Assembly (NCBI RefSeq): GCF_902652985.1 | Contig: NC_047019.1 | Location: 14,254,097 to 14,318,096 of the forward strand | Direction: 5' to 3' | DNA from: Pecten maximus | Lineage: Eukaryota | Length of the DNA stretch: 64,000 nucleotides | Shown here: positions 58,501 through 64,000 of the stretch, one piece after another | Layout of the letters: the number at the start of each line of letters is the position of its first letter | Numbering within the stretch: the stretch's first letter is position 1 | Notes under the pieces: model-generated | What the model was told of the DNA's origin: nothing | Seen by the model: only the letters and a program-made list of their open reading frames with translations | Databases searched by the model: none | Made by a program: the position numbers and the translations under genes

Positions 58501-58699
58501 GGGTGTCCTCATGGAAAGCTAGATTAGAGTTTGAGTCATACAAAATAGATAAAAACTTTCCTTCATTACAAACTTTTTGTCATTGAATTGAAAAAAAACC
58601 CATTTTGTTGATTATAGGGAACAGACTGTAGTTATTGAAATTTCAATTTGTTAACAGGAAGTAGAATCCTCGGAATACAGTGACATATCTAGCGAATGG
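25415..58699 (+). CDS. PARP4: PARP4 (vault poly(ADP-ribose) polymerase) orthologue. At least 30 coding exons encoding BRCT, PARP regulatory and catalytic, VIT and vWA domains. The 3' end may lie beyond the last confident exon
   Basis: Exon translations are colinear with PARP4 as I recall it: [39 protein letters not shown] (BRCT); [17 protein letters not shown] / [11 protein letters not shown] / [36 protein letters not shown] / [20 protein letters not shown] (PARP catalytic H-G-S…Y…E signature); [53 protein letters not shown]|[26 protein letters not shown] (VIT); [10 protein letters not shown]…[11 protein letters not shown]…[15 protein letters not shown]…[13 protein letters not shown] (vWA). 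All introns are GT-AG. Confidence 0.85.
26158..26356 (+). CDS. PARP4: PARP4 exon ([66 protein letters not shown]). Rest of BRCT
   Basis: ORF 26080..26385. Acceptor ttcccag| and donor GCAG|gtaaag. Confidence 0.8.
26422..26790. mobile_element. MITE of about 370 bp with terminal inverted repeats AGTCCCCTGCC…GGCAGGGGACT. Internal (GTCY)n microsatellite and two roughly 115-bp direct repeats
   Basis: TIRs are read directly. It lies in a PARP4 intron. Minus ORF 26725..26958 overlaps it. Confidence 0.65.
27247..27386 (+). CDS. PARP4: PARP4 exon ([47 protein letters not shown])
   Basis: ORF 27174..27413. Acceptor tttcag| and donor AAG|gtaagg. Confidence 0.75.
28358..28492 (+). CDS. PARP4: PARP4 exon ([45 protein letters not shown])
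   Basis: ORF 28316..28522. Acceptor gtttcag| and donor CAG|gtatat. It is 135 nt. Confidence 0.8.
28778..28939 (+). CDS. PARP4: PARP4 exon ([54 protein letters not shown])
   Basis: ORF 28796..29095. Acceptor ctccacag| and donor AAG|gttagt. Confidence 0.75.
29258..29392 (+). CDS. PARP4: PARP4 exon ([45 protein letters not shown]). Part of the PARP alpha-helical regulatory domain
   Basis: Acceptor tttaacag| and donor CAG|gtccgt. Its 3' end and donor are tandemly duplicated at about 29435-29476. Confidence 0.75.
29901..30059 (+). CDS. PARP4: PARP4 exon ([53 protein letters not shown])
   Basis: ORF 29919..30110. Acceptor gttttag| and donor CAG|gtaagc. The donor junction is duplicated 60 bp downstream (…gatatctgtcag|gtaagtac at about 30108-30121). 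The read-through frame hits a stop. Confidence 0.8.
30195..30480 (+). mobile_element. tRNA-derived SINE-like element, second family. It shares the core motif CCGGGTACTCCGGTTTCCTCC with SINE family 1
   Basis: tRNA-like head GGTGGCACAGTGGTAACACACTTGCC…GGTTCGATTCCC. The tail …gtagcccgagattcctctggccctgacatcatgtctggtatcac recurs inverted at 30820-30880 and at 11230-11350. Confidence 0.5.
31298..31458 (+). CDS. PARP4: PARP4 exon ([53 protein letters not shown])
   Basis: Acceptor tttttaag| and donor GATGG|gtatat. The KYRALRC motif is conserved in PARP4. Confidence 0.75.
31970..32107 (+). CDS. PARP4: PARP4 catalytic-domain exon ([46 protein letters not shown])
   Basis: ORF 31999..32181 is in a different frame, and the exon frame is fixed by homology. 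Acceptor tttttttag| and donor TCCAG|gtaatg. Contains the H-x-S…N-x-x-GIL PARP signature. Confidence 0.8.
32130..32235. repeat. Intronic 32-bp tandem repeat, 3 copies (cccatgataaaaaccccagggagtcagtgtgctta)
   Basis: Direct repeats begin immediately after the exon donor. Confidence 0.8.
32797..32895 (+). CDS. PARP4: PARP4 catalytic exon ([33 protein letters not shown])
   Basis: Acceptor ttccctag| and donor GCCAG|gtaagt. Contains the GxGIYFA motif. Confidence 0.8.
33468..33651 (+). CDS. PARP4: PARP4 catalytic exon ([61 protein letters not shown])
   Basis: ORF 33514..33699. Acceptor ctttccag| and donor ACG|gtaagg. Near-identical to the PARP4 STSIKYS…[38 protein letters not shown] region. Confidence 0.85.
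34179..34329 (+). CDS. PARP4: PARP4 catalytic exon ([50 protein letters not shown])
   Basis: Acceptor ttctgtag| and donor ATCA|gtaagt. Contains the catalytic E (EYVVY). Confidence 0.8.
34925..35061 (+). CDS. PARP4: PARP4 exon ([45 protein letters not shown])
   Basis: ORF 34840..35085. Acceptor ttttag| and donor GCAGAG|gtaatc. Phase 1 in matches the previous exon. Confidence 0.7.
35506..35730 (+). CDS. PARP4: PARP4 VIT-domain exon ([75 protein letters not shown])
   Basis: ORF 35479..35817. Acceptor ctttttcag| and donor CACCG|gtatgt. It is 75 codons. Confidence 0.85.
36000..36250. repeat. Tandem repeat with a 47-bp unit, 3 copies (aaccaaactttgtatatataatgagtataatgtcgtgttgtccacct)
   Basis: Direct repeats. 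Confidence 0.8.
36489..37036. repeat. 52-bp satellite (…tgatgtcctatatatattgatatctataacaatatatctgtgttattttgtaaccttcacctc…), block 1 of 3. The array is interrupted by two transposon insertions
   Basis: Same unit at 37938-38506 and 45466-45610. ORFs 36489..37058 and 37903..38511 are repeat translations. Confidence 0.9.
37037..37937. mobile_element. Non-autonomous DNA transposon (MITE-like, about 900 bp) with terminal inverted repeats TATACAGTCAAACCTCGATGATTCGAA…TTCGAAACATCGAAGTTTGACTGTATA. It is inserted into the 52-bp satellite
   Basis: The TIRs are read directly at both ends and the satellite resumes immediately outside. Internally it is CGAA/TTCGAA-rich with no convincing ORF. Confidence 0.65.
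37938..38506. repeat. 52-bp satellite, block 2
   Basis: As above. Confidence 0.9.
38507..38815 (+). repeat. Element repeat A1 (5' copy of the split direct repeat)
   Basis: aatgaagcttatgtatataagctaagtttaaactgac…taacgcagcgttttaatcagcaa is the same as 43994-44306 (ORF 44164..44346 lies inside A2). Confidence 0.85.
38988..40427 (+). CDS. Element ORF1: Gag-like nucleic-acid-binding protein (479 aa) with a CCHC-like knuckle ([14 protein letters not shown]) and a CCCH finger ([21 protein letters not shown]). S/N-rich N-terminus
   Basis: ORF track 38988..40427. Cys/His spacing C-x2-C-x4-H-x4-C and C-x7-C-x5-C-x3-H are read from the translation. Confidence 0.7.
   Translation: MASTRQDNTSSSKRRNRSNNTPWDSNNPKNWTIQRLKSELENLGIHGSFMGMTKTALRNLYLDNVNRGTQSTNYEILPRVNNASEEDLGNNETDDLPSSSASQHNSNVTEELRAEADQIAQSSQSGSDQSARATSPPGGDSSSTTRRDISNMAAPMTDVQNLQKTVIELQQTVISMMNGRNTNREITSGHASSGFTLSTAMAAMRNNECDSNRISATSMNPGGYSLPRSKYGVPAECIPHVDVVSENTQRKIWEGRDINLASLLIPCFETCRNAGDDFGGLHGITININQNEDRDPRLNKALSIAEFITAFGKYKRVLCTKFPDRRPELDTYEANIIEISNIYGPRFYDYHCQFSARAAAALRDNNIKVDWAVKDNGLLNMVIGNTKANTCNLCGLTTHSTPFCPQQRNKSWNNNKQQQGRKDVDKHGRPKIKVNGQEVCNNFNNGKCTRGDNCFFAHVCSNCQANNHGANACKKNKQQ
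40437..42068 (+). CDS. Element ORF2: reverse transcriptase plus RNase H (543 aa)
   Basis: RT motifs: [39 protein letters not shown] (the Y/F-x-DD box) and EYLGIILDS. RNase H motifs: [14 protein letters not shown] … [11 protein letters not shown] … [10 protein letters not shown]. Confidence 0.8.
   Translation: MPDRPSTPLNIERLAEELQNHPDRHFVDYLIEGLKQGFDTKVSTTSLPTKECKNLQSANNNAAIVDTLISSELEKGFLCGPFQRLPFEHYRVSPIGVAIGKYSKKPRLIVDLSSPHEDTDHPSINELIDKEQCSLSYVKIDDAVNIIQSLGRNTTMCKTDISDAFKLIPIHPSQWHLFCVQWKGSYYFYNKLAFGCRSSPKIFDTLSEAVCWIAQHNYGISHIMHLLDDFITFDGPGVCGERNMALLYLIFNRLNIPMAKHKTCGPETVIEYLGIILDSINMEARLPVDKLVRITEFLTDFLSKSSCTKREMLQLLGHLNFASRVVIPGRAFVSHLIRCSTTVKHLHHYIRINNDCREDIRMWRQFLLHWNGVSMFYNTRVITSDDLRLFTDASGTRGFGGIFQQEWFAEPWPTSLRESVSQVDELSIAFKELYPIVVAALLWGHKWVGQRIVFMCDNSATVAILQKGRSKSAHIMPLMRRLTLCAATHNFCILSKHVPGRHNVIADSLSRLQLQKFRHLVPTACKYPRTVPAPAHILWSSSL
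42050..43045 (+). CDS. Element ORF3: tyrosine recombinase of the phage-integrase family (331 aa). It overlaps the ORF2 end by 19 nt
   Basis: Catalytic R…H-x-x-R…Y signature: [28 protein letters not shown]. Confidence 0.8.
   Translation: MELQPVIKELWDSAIAPSTRSTYQTGFNLFIRFLLMTGVIVCASAVKDIRVTEDLLIYFAANCFTNNLSYSTVKLYICGIRFMCLQQNISYPVGTDLPRLFSIMNGIKRSQAKPVKPRYPVTFTILKQVCDFLRKNNGNFNDLLLETVCTVAFFGFLRCGEFTVNNNFDSTIHLCMKDLTILQDCVVLTLKSSKTDPFRKGIAIKLFKIDHDICPHKVCSKYVAARLIICHGPSPADPLLVTRDGNALSRYTFINMFKHTLKCVGIDPTNYNGHSFRIGAATSVAAVSIEDHMIKVLGRWSSDAYCRYIRTPQDAIRQAQKSMVLAKGNVN
43046..43993 (+). repeat. Element repeat B1
   Basis: A partial, diverged copy (about 80% identity, with indels) is at about 44480-44930 (B2). 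Confidence 0.6.
43994..44306 (+). repeat. Element repeat A2
   Basis: Identical to A1 except for one G/T mismatch. Confidence 0.85.
44931..45465. other. Anomalous homopolymer-stuttered low-complexity block, probably a sequencing or assembly artefact at a repeat junction
   Basis: Almost every base occurs in runs (ggggggttaataggattaagggaaaaaaaaatttttccc…ggggggggaaaaaaaccc). There is no biological repeat unit. It is bounded by the element's B2 on one side and the resuming 52-bp satellite on the other. ORFs 45241..45432 and 45262..45477 are artefacts. Confidence 0.6.
45466..45610. repeat. 52-bp satellite, block 3. It provides the polypyrimidine tract and AG of the next PARP4 exon
   Basis: The last unit …tgatgtcctattgacag| runs directly into exon GATGTTTTTACTG. 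Confidence 0.85.
45612..45767 (+). CDS. PARP4: PARP4 VIT-domain exon ([52 protein letters not shown])
   Basis: ORF 45630..45863. Acceptor cctattgacag| and donor GAG|gtaatt. Contiguous in the protein with …[14 protein letters not shown] from the exon ending at 35730. Confidence 0.85.
46204..46290 (+). CDS. PARP4: PARP4 exon ([29 protein letters not shown])
   Basis: Acceptor ctacacag| and donor GCG|gtatgt. Confidence 0.6.
46496..46628 (+). mobile_element. tRNA-derived SINE family 1, copy 2 (5'-truncated)
   Basis: GGTTTTTCTCCGGGTACTCTGGCTTTCCTCCACCTCCAAAGCCTGGCACGTCCTTAAATGACCCTGG…aaacaaacaaa. Confidence 0.7.
46895..46936 (+). CDS. PARP4: PARP4 micro-exon ([14 protein letters not shown])
   Basis: Acceptor ttttgtag| and donor AAG|gtttga. 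Phase 0/0. It fits between flanking exons by homology (KRTDCKAV). Confidence 0.45.
47342..47479 (+). CDS. PARP4: PARP4 exon ([46 protein letters not shown])
   Basis: Acceptor tattcag| and donor CAG|gtgaga. The PRMWVE motif is conserved. Confidence 0.75.
47962..48090. mobile_element. Hairpin MITE of about 125 bp (…agatgggtctgttctg…tgtaagagtttggc|gccaaactcttaca…cagacccatga…)
   Basis: Long imperfect inverted repeat in a PARP4 intron. Confidence 0.5.
48198..48384 (+). CDS. PARP4: PARP4 vWA-domain exon ([62 protein letters not shown])
   Basis: ORF 48204..48434. Acceptor ttcctag| and donor ACAA|gtaagt. MIDAS-like DLSNS. Confidence 0.85.
48760..48833 (+). CDS. PARP4: PARP4 exon ([24 protein letters not shown])
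   Basis: Acceptor cttcatcag| and donor CAG|gtcagt. Confidence 0.7.
49329..49515 (+). CDS. PARP4: PARP4 vWA exon ([62 protein letters not shown])
   Basis: ORF 49332..49571. Acceptor tttgtag| and donor GTTAG|gtatgt. The boundary is uncertain by about 1 bp. Confidence 0.8.
49789..49888 (+). CDS. PARP4: PARP4 exon ([33 protein letters not shown])
   Basis: ORF 49793..50056. Acceptor ctttatag| and donor AAG|gtaaaa. Confidence 0.8.
50143..50310 (+). CDS. PARP4: PARP4 exon ([56 protein letters not shown])
   Basis: ORF 50098..50466. Acceptor ttttccag| and donor AGT|gtaagt. Confidence 0.8.
50783..50863 (+). CDS. PARP4: PARP4 exon ([27 protein letters not shown])
   Basis: ORF 50651..50914. Acceptor tcctacag| and donor AAG|gtaaaa. 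Confidence 0.75.
51142..51222 (+). CDS. PARP4: PARP4 exon ([27 protein letters not shown])
   Basis: Acceptor gttacag| and donor CAG|gtgaga. Matches the PARP4 IHKLAARALIRDYEDG region. Confidence 0.8.
51752..51990 (+). mobile_element. tRNA-derived SINE family 1, copy 3 (full length)
   Basis: GGGGCTACGGTGGCCGAGTGGTTAAGGTGTCCCGACAC…GGGTTGCGAGTTCAAAACC…CCGGGTACTCCGGCTTTCCTCCACCTCC…taaactaaactaaataaaa. ORF 51744..51941 is a SINE translation. Confidence 0.8.
52303..52404 (+). CDS. PARP4: PARP4 exon ([34 protein letters not shown])
   Basis: Acceptor tttttcag| and donor AAG|gtttgt. Matches the PARP4 LIIKLSKENSLITQFTSFVAVEKRDE region. Confidence 0.8.
52497..52800. mobile_element. Member of the hairpin-plus-(CCGT)n leader element family (…CCCCCACAACGAAGTTAGGGGGTAT…GGCCGTCCGTCCGGCCGTCTGTCTGTAGACACA…CTCCTCCTAAAC…)
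   Basis: The same module is found at 59213-59400, with the reverse-strand match tagtataccccctaacttcgttgtggggg. Confidence 0.5.
52795..53110. repeat. Tandem repeat with a unit of about 55 bp, about 5.5 copies (attcacatttgattagccaatcacagatctagtactgggaaccc(c/t)gatatga)
   Basis: Direct repeats. Confidence 0.85.
53854..53976 (+). CDS. PARP4: PARP4 exon ([41 protein letters not shown])
   Basis: Acceptor tgtatttcag| and donor GAT|gtaagt. Confidence 0.65.
54690..54830. repeat. Tandem duplication of a 60-bp unit, 2 copies (caaagatttgtgttcagctcagtttctcaaacaacatcaatgttattccgaccaaacct)
   Basis: Direct repeat. ORF 54694..54885 overlaps it. Confidence 0.8.
55278..55337 (+). CDS. PARP4: PARP4 exon ([20 protein letters not shown])
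   Basis: Acceptor tggtttacag| and donor AGT|gtaagt. Phase 0/0. Confidence 0.45.
55380..56010. repeat. Satellite with a unit of about 37-38 bp (catacatgtaatgatgtatttaaccattcctgtaa(c/t)c), block 1. It continues at 56600-56860
   Basis: Direct repeats. The array is split by a roughly 590-bp insertion. Confidence 0.85.
56011..56599. other. Insertion interrupting the 38-bp satellite, carrying a roughly 150-bp near-perfect palindrome (56440-56600)
   Basis: gaactgtttttgtatggcatttatgatctatttgaacgacagagctttgcaagcaaacaaatcataatgcgc…gcattatggtgtttgcttgcaaagctctgtcgttcaaatagatcataaataccatacaaaaacagttc. Confidence 0.6.
56600..56860. repeat. 38-bp satellite, block 2
   Basis: Same unit as 55380-56010. Confidence 0.8.
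57331..57381 (+). CDS. PARP4: Candidate PARP4 exon ([17 protein letters not shown]). The donor is ambiguous
   Basis: Acceptor ttgtttatag| and donors CGT|gtacgt or CGT GTA CGT|gtaagt. It weakly resembles the PARP4 EDFEEDGLG region. Confidence 0.25.
57768..57905. mobile_element. Hairpin MITE of about 135 bp (atctaacagtgtcttcagtaa…ggggctaatattttgatatc | gatatcaaaatattagcccc…ttactgaagacactgttagat)
   Basis: Near-perfect inverted repeat with a short loop. Confidence 0.55.
58658..58699 (+). CDS. PARP4: Candidate PARP4 exon ([14 protein letters not shown])
   Basis: Acceptor ttgttaacag| and donor TGG|gtaagt. Phase 0/0. Weak support. Confidence 0.25.
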
Positions 58700-58949
58700 G
58701 TAAGTATTTGTTTCATATTTCAATCATACGTGTATAATGATGTAATATCAGCCCAATGTTAGTGTAAGGATCGAGACGATTTGTTTCAGTGATCCGTCTG
58801 TTAACTTTAATTTTCCTGCTGTTCCATCACAACATATCAAAACTGTCAGGTGACTAAGATGGCATCTGTATCAGTTTTAGACAAATGTAAGTTGTCTCCA
58901 GTATTGACATGTTGAGGCACGTACCAATAATTCTCTACAATTTTAGTCC

Positions 58950-60060
58950 ACCTTCATCAGATGGTGAGCTATTCAAATCGCCTTGCGTCCGTGGTCCAGT
59001 GTCCGTCCGTAAACAATCCTTCCTCTATCTTCATATGTAGGTTCTCTTTGGTCTCTAGTTGTACCATTTGAATTTAGATTTTTGATTAGAAAAAATAAAA
59101 TGGCCATCAGGCAGCCATCTTGGATTTTGAGAACTGAAGTTTGTTATCGCTATTTCTCGAAAAGTACTTGAGGGATATTCCTCAGACTTCATAATATGTA
59201 GGTTTCCCGTGGTCATAATACTCCCCGCAACGAAGTTAGGGGGGCGGTATACTGGAATCTGGTTGTCCGTCCGACCGTCCGTCTGTAGACACAACGATGT
59301 ACGGCTACTCCTCCTAAACTACTGAGGGCATATCAACGAAACTTTATGACAATAACCCTTATACATGGGTAGATGTGCATTATCTATATCATGTTGTAAT
59401 TTTGTGGTTACAATGGTAACCAGGTCACTATACTTTGTTTTTTGGGTGAGGGAGAATTTTGTCCAGCCTCTTAAACCTGTGAACTGCTTCAAGTCAAATA
59501 CACAAGAGTGATAGGGACCATGTGTAAATGTGCATGCATGTTATTTCTCTACAGAATTTTTGGTTTCTATGGCTGGTTTCAATACCCATATTCTTGTGGA
59601 AAACTTTGTCAAGACAACTCGGACAACTCCTATATAGCTATCAACCAATTTCATTTGAAATACACAGGAATGTTAGGGACTCATAATGTGTACATATGCA
59701 TGCAGGTTTTTTCCCAACAAATTTAGGTTGCCATGGTAACCCGTTCACTAAAAACAGGTTTTTGTTGGAAAATCTTCACCAGAAGGACGGTGGAGAGGCG
59801 GGGGGTATGATTTAGCCCTCTGGACGACAGTTCTAGTTAGTTGTGCGATTTGAATTGTGATTTTTTTTATCAGAAAAACAAAATGGCCGACAGGCAACCA
59901 TCTTGGATTTTGATAATTGAAGTTTGCTATCACTATTTCTTGAAACTTGTTCTTGTCATCTGATTAGTAAGAGGAACAAAAAAGGAAAAGTAGAGAAAAG
60001 ATCGGTCTGTCATAGAACGAATAAAGATCATTCAATGATTAGTAGTATTCAGATTGTTTC
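58950..60060 (+). repeat. Second copy of the pearl/Helentron-associated satellite carrier, with a degenerate tandem array. Leader tcatcagatggtgagctattcaaatcgccttgcgtccgtggtccagtgtccgtccgtaaacaatcc, then aaaatggccatcaggcagccatcttggattttgagaactgaagtttgttatcgctatttctcgaaaagtacttgagggat and a 3' tail
   Basis: Leader, repeat unit and tail (…aaaagtagagaaaagatcggtctgtcatagaacgaataaagatcattcaatg) are homologous to 16780-18360. Confidence 0.65.
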
Positions 60061-60469
60061 TAGTTTGAAGTGTGATTGGAGGTTAAAATGAAGTGTTACT
60101 AGGCCCTCTCTATGTTGTCTAATTGGTGTGGATGTTCAAAGAAACAGAATCTAAGTTCACATTGAATTCCCCCACTGTATAATGCATTAGGAGCAGGTGA
60201 TAAGGTAAAGGAGGATGTGGAGAATGTAGCAACTTCAAAGTCAGCATATGTAGAGGTACAACAGTGTTTGTTGATGAAGCGTTTACAATGTGGTCTCTGT
60301 AATATTATTGCATAATTTCAAATGACATAAAAAATTATGGTGACATATCCATCCGTATGTGATATTTCTTTAGACCAATACCTTGAGAGTGCCGTCATCT
60401 TTCTTCATGAGAAGGGTGACATGGAAAGGGCACATTGCCATTTATTTCTTCCTCTGTGCTGTTATCATT

Positions 60470-61440
60470 GGTTTGATATGTTCTCACCTTCTGAGGTCCT
60501 TCCCTGACCTACATTGTATACGTGGTTTGATGTGTTCTCACCTTCTGAGGTCCTTCCCTGACCTACATTGTATACGTGGTTTGATGTGTTCTCACCTTCT
60601 GAGGTCCTTCCCTGACCTACATTGTATACGTGGTTTGATGTGTTCTCACCGTCTGAGGTCCTTCCCTGACCTACATTGTATACGTGGTTTGATGTGTTCT
60701 CACCTTCTGAGGTCCTTCCCTGACCTACATTGTATACGTGGTTTGATGTGTTCTCACCGTCTGAGGTCCTTCCCTGACCTACATTGTATACGTGGTTTGA
60801 TGTGTTCTCACCTTCTGAGGTCCTTCCCTGACCTACATTGTATACGTGGTTTGATGTGTTCTCACCTTCTGAGGTCCTTCCCTGACCTACATTGTATACG
60901 TGGTTTGATGTGTTCTCACCTTCTGAGGTCCTTCCCTGACCTACATTGTATACGTGGTTTGATGTGTTCTCACCGTCTGAGGTCCTTCCCTGACCTACAT
61001 TGTATACGTGGTTTGATGTGTTCTCACCGTCTGAGGTCCTTCCCTGACCTACATTGTATACGTGGTTTGATGTGTTCTCACCTTCTGAGGTCCTTCCCTG
61101 ACCTACATTGTATACGTGGTTTGATGTGTTCTCACCGTCTGAGGTCCTTCCCTGACCTACATTGTATACGTGGTTTGATGTGTTCTCACCTTCTGAGGTC
61201 CTTCCCTGACCTACATTGTATACGTGGTTTGATGTGTTCTCACCTTCTGAGGTCCTTCCCTGACCTACATTGTATACGTGGTTTGATGTGTTCTCACCGT
61301 CTGAGGTCCTTCCCTGACCTACATTGTATACGTGGTTTGATGTGTTCTCACCTTCTGAGGTCCTTCCCTGACCTACATTGTATACGTGGTTTGATGTGTT
61401 CTCACCTTCTGAGGTCCTTCCCTGACCTACATTGTATACG
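60470..61440. repeat. Satellite with a 54-bp unit, about 18 copies (ctacattgtatacgtggtttgatgtgttctcacc(t/g)tctgaggtccttccctgac), with two alternating variants
   Basis: ORF 60383..61519 (378 aa of MCSHLLRSFPDLHCIRGL repeats) is a repeat translation. The unit is a multiple of 3, so the frame stays open. Confidence 0.9.
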
Positions 61441-61499
61441 TGTGTTCCTAATGTGTGTCATCAATGTTCCACAAACAAAGGGACAGCAGGCAATAATCA

Positions 61500-62880
61500 T
61501 CCAAATATTACATAAATAACTTGACCACAGTATGAGGTGCTGGGCTGCCAATAAATAATTTGACCACAATATGAAGTGCTGGGTTGCCAATAAATAATTT
61601 GACCACAATATGAAGTGCTGGGTTGCCAATAAATTATTTGACCACAATATGAGGTGCTGGGTTGCCAATAAATAACTTGACCACAGTATGAGGTGCTGGG
61701 CTGCCAATAAATAATTTGACCACAGTATGAGGTGCTGGGTTGCCAATAAATAATTTGACCACAATATGAAGTGCTGGGTTGCCAATAAATAATTTGACCA
61801 CAATATGAGGTGCTGGGTTGCCAATAAATAATTTGACCACAGTATGAGGTGCTGGGTTGCCAATAAATTATTTGACCACAATATGAGGTGCTGGGTTGCC
61901 AATAAATAATTTGACCACAGTATGAGGTGCTGGGCTGCCAATAAATAATTTGACCACAATATGAGGTGCTGGGCTGCCAATAAATAATTTGACCACAATA
62001 TGAGGGGCTGGGTTGCCAATACATTATTTGACCACAATATGAGGTGCTGGGCTGCCAATAAATAATTTGACCACAGTATGAGGTGCTGGGCTGCCAATAA
62101 ATAATTTGACCACAATATGAGGTGCTGGGTTGCCAATAAATAATTTGACCACAGTATGAGGTGCTGGGCTGCCAATAAATAATTTGACCACAGTATGAGG
62201 TGCTGGGCTGCCAATAAATAATTTGACCACAATATGAAGTGCTGGGTTGCCAATAAATAACTTGACCACAGTATGAGGTGCTGGGTTGCCAATAAATAAC
62301 TCGACCACAATATGAAGTGCTGGGCTGCCAATAATTAATTTGACCACAGTATGAGGTGCTGGGCTGCCAATAAATAATTTGACCACAATATGAAGTGCTG
62401 GGTTGCCAATAAATAATTTGACCACAGTATGAGGTGCTGGGCTGCCAATAATTAATTTGACCACAGTATGAGGTGCTGGGCTGCCAATAAATAATTCGAC
62501 TACAGTATGAGGTGCTGGGCTGCCAATAAATAATTTTACCACAGTACGAGGTGCTGGGCTGCCAATAAATAATTTGACCACAGTATGAGGTGCTGGCCAT
62601 GGGCTGCCAATAAATAATTTCATCAGAGTATGAGGTGCTGGGCTGCCAATAATTAATTTGACCACAGTATGAGCTGCTGGGCTGCCAATAAATAAATTGA
62701 CCGCATAATGAAGTGCTGGGTTGCCAATAAATATTTTGACCACAGTATGAGGTGCTAGACTGCCAATAAATAATTTGACCACAGTATGAGGTGCTGGGCT
62801 GCCAATAAGTAATTTGACCACAGTATGAGGTGCTGGGCTGCCAATAAATAATTTGACCACAGTATGAGGTACTTGGCTGC
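61500..62880. repeat. Satellite with a 39-bp unit, about 35 copies (aataaataatttgaccacagtatgaggtgctgggctgcc)
   Basis: The minus ORFs 61402..62331, 61497..62600, 61634..61840 and 62024..62860 are all repeat translations. Confidence 0.9.
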
Positions 62881-63037
62881 CAATACCTGTGCTGAAACTT
62901 TATGGACAGACAGTATCTTAAAAAGTGAAATATGTTGGTGTCTACACAAATTGTAGAATATCCCTGAAGTTTTAGATTTGGAGGTCTGTTCTTACAATTT
63001 CTACAATAAGATCTATCTCACTCTATATTACTTTTAG

Positions 63038-63270
63038 GGACTGGGTTGGCCGAGTGGTTAAGGTGTCCCAACACTTTATCACTAGCCCTCCACCTCTGGG
63101 TTGCGAGTTCGAAACCTACGTGGGGCAGTTGCCAGGTATACGTACTGACTGTAGACCAGTGGTTTTTCTCCGGGTACTCCAGCTTTCCTCCACCTCCAAA
63201 ACCTGGCACGTCCTTAAATGACCCTGGCTGTTAATAGGACATTAAACAAAACCAAACCAAATTGAATAAC
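63038..63270 (+). mobile_element. tRNA-derived SINE family 1, copy 4 (full length)
   Basis: GGGACTGGGTTGGCCGAGTGGTTAAGGTGTCCCAACAC…GGGTTGCGAGTTCGAAACC…CCGGGTACTCCAGCTTTCCTCCACCTCC…aaacaaaaccaaaccaaattg. ORFs 63018..63209 and 63046..63234 are SINE translations. Confidence 0.8.
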
Positions 63271-63295
63271 TTCAAAGTTAAGAATTTCAGCTTTT

Positions 63296-64000
63296 TAGGT
63301 CACCTGAGACAAAGTCTCAAGTGACCTATTCTAATCCCCTTTTGTCCATCGCCGTGCGTCGTGCGTCCATAAAAAATTTACATTTACGACTTCTTCTCCA
63401 AAACCCCTAAACCAAATTCAATGAAATTTGGCAGGAAGCTTCTATGGCTAAAGGTCAACAAAAATTGTGAATTATATGGTCCCCACCCCCAAGGGCCTGA
63501 GGAGCGGGCCTAAAAAGGGTAAAATTGACTAAAATTCTTCTTCTCTTCTCTCAGATATAGTGGAATCAAACACTCTTCATAGATGGAAGGGCCTTAAGTA
63601 CTTTACCAAAATTGTGAATTTCATGACCCAGGGGTCTCGGGTTTCCCCCTGGGGAGGGGGTAAAATTTACTAAAGTTTATATAGGAAAATCACATTTTTG
63701 GCTATAATTTGTTGGATTTCTATTGGAATTCATTTTAACTTGATTAACATTATCAGTATGGGATAACAGATTGATGGTATGCACATGATGGCCCTGACTG
63801 ACCGCCAGGGGCTAATGGGCGGGGCTAAAAAGGGTAAAATTAGCAAAATCTTCAAAAAACTTCTTCTCTACTCTCAGATATGTTGGAATCAAACACTCTT
63901 CGTAGATGGAAGGGTCTTAAGGTGCTTTTCCAAAATTGTGAATTTCCTGACCCTGGGGTCACATGTTCGCCCCTGGGGAGGGGGTACACTTTACTATAGT
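63296..64000 (+). repeat. Second copy of the 316-bp satellite carrier (same hairpin leader ggtcacctgagacaaagtctcaagtgacc, GTCC-rich stretch and 316-bp units). It is truncated by the window end
   Basis: Colinear with 13800-15060 at about 90% identity. Confidence 0.8.

Noticed and set aside
60383-62949. 378-aa +, and 309-, 367- and 278-aa minus ORFs
   Set aside because: Translations of the 54-bp and 39-bp satellites. Both units are multiples of 3, so every frame stays open across tens of copies. The overlapping ORFs on both strands confirm the artefact.

Overview
This window is eukaryotic, AT-rich, intron-rich nuclear DNA. Its repeat content looks bivalve-mollusc-like: (CCGT)n-leader satellite carriers of the pearl/Helentron type, tRNA-Ser-like SINEs, and many mini- and macrosatellites. 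Three host genes are recognisable from exon translations. (1) On the minus strand, from position 1 to about 12030, lies the 5' part of a URB1/NPA1-like gene (nucleolar pre-ribosomal-associated protein 1). The gene continues past the window start. (2) On the plus strand, 12234-20333, lies a complete seven-exon CHMP1 gene (ESCRT-III). It is head-to-head with URB1, and exon 2 is tandemly duplicated, giving a likely mutually exclusive exon pair. (3) On the plus strand, from about 25415 to at least 58699, lies a PARP4 (vault PARP) orthologue of about 30 exons with BRCT, PARP catalytic, VIT and vWA domains. The most notable element is an apparently intact Ngaro-like, DIRS-order tyrosine-recombinase retrotransposon of about 6.4 kb (38507-44930). 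It encodes three open, overlapping ORFs: Gag with CCHC and CCCH fingers, reverse transcriptase/RNase H, and a tyrosine recombinase. It is flanked by split direct repeats (A1...B1-A2-B2). The element sits inside a 52-bp satellite array that also carries a TIR-bounded MITE, all within a roughly 9.9-kb PARP4 intron whose 3' splice site lies at the satellite edge. Immediately 3' of the element is a 0.5-kb homopolymer-stuttered block that looks like a sequencing or assembly artefact. Other content is four copies of a tRNA-derived SINE, two further SINE-like families, several hairpin MITEs, and at least 13 tandem-repeat arrays. Several of these arrays produce long spurious ORFs in the six-frame track. 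All coordinates were derived by eye from the text; exon boundaries are approximate (roughly plus or minus 3 bp).
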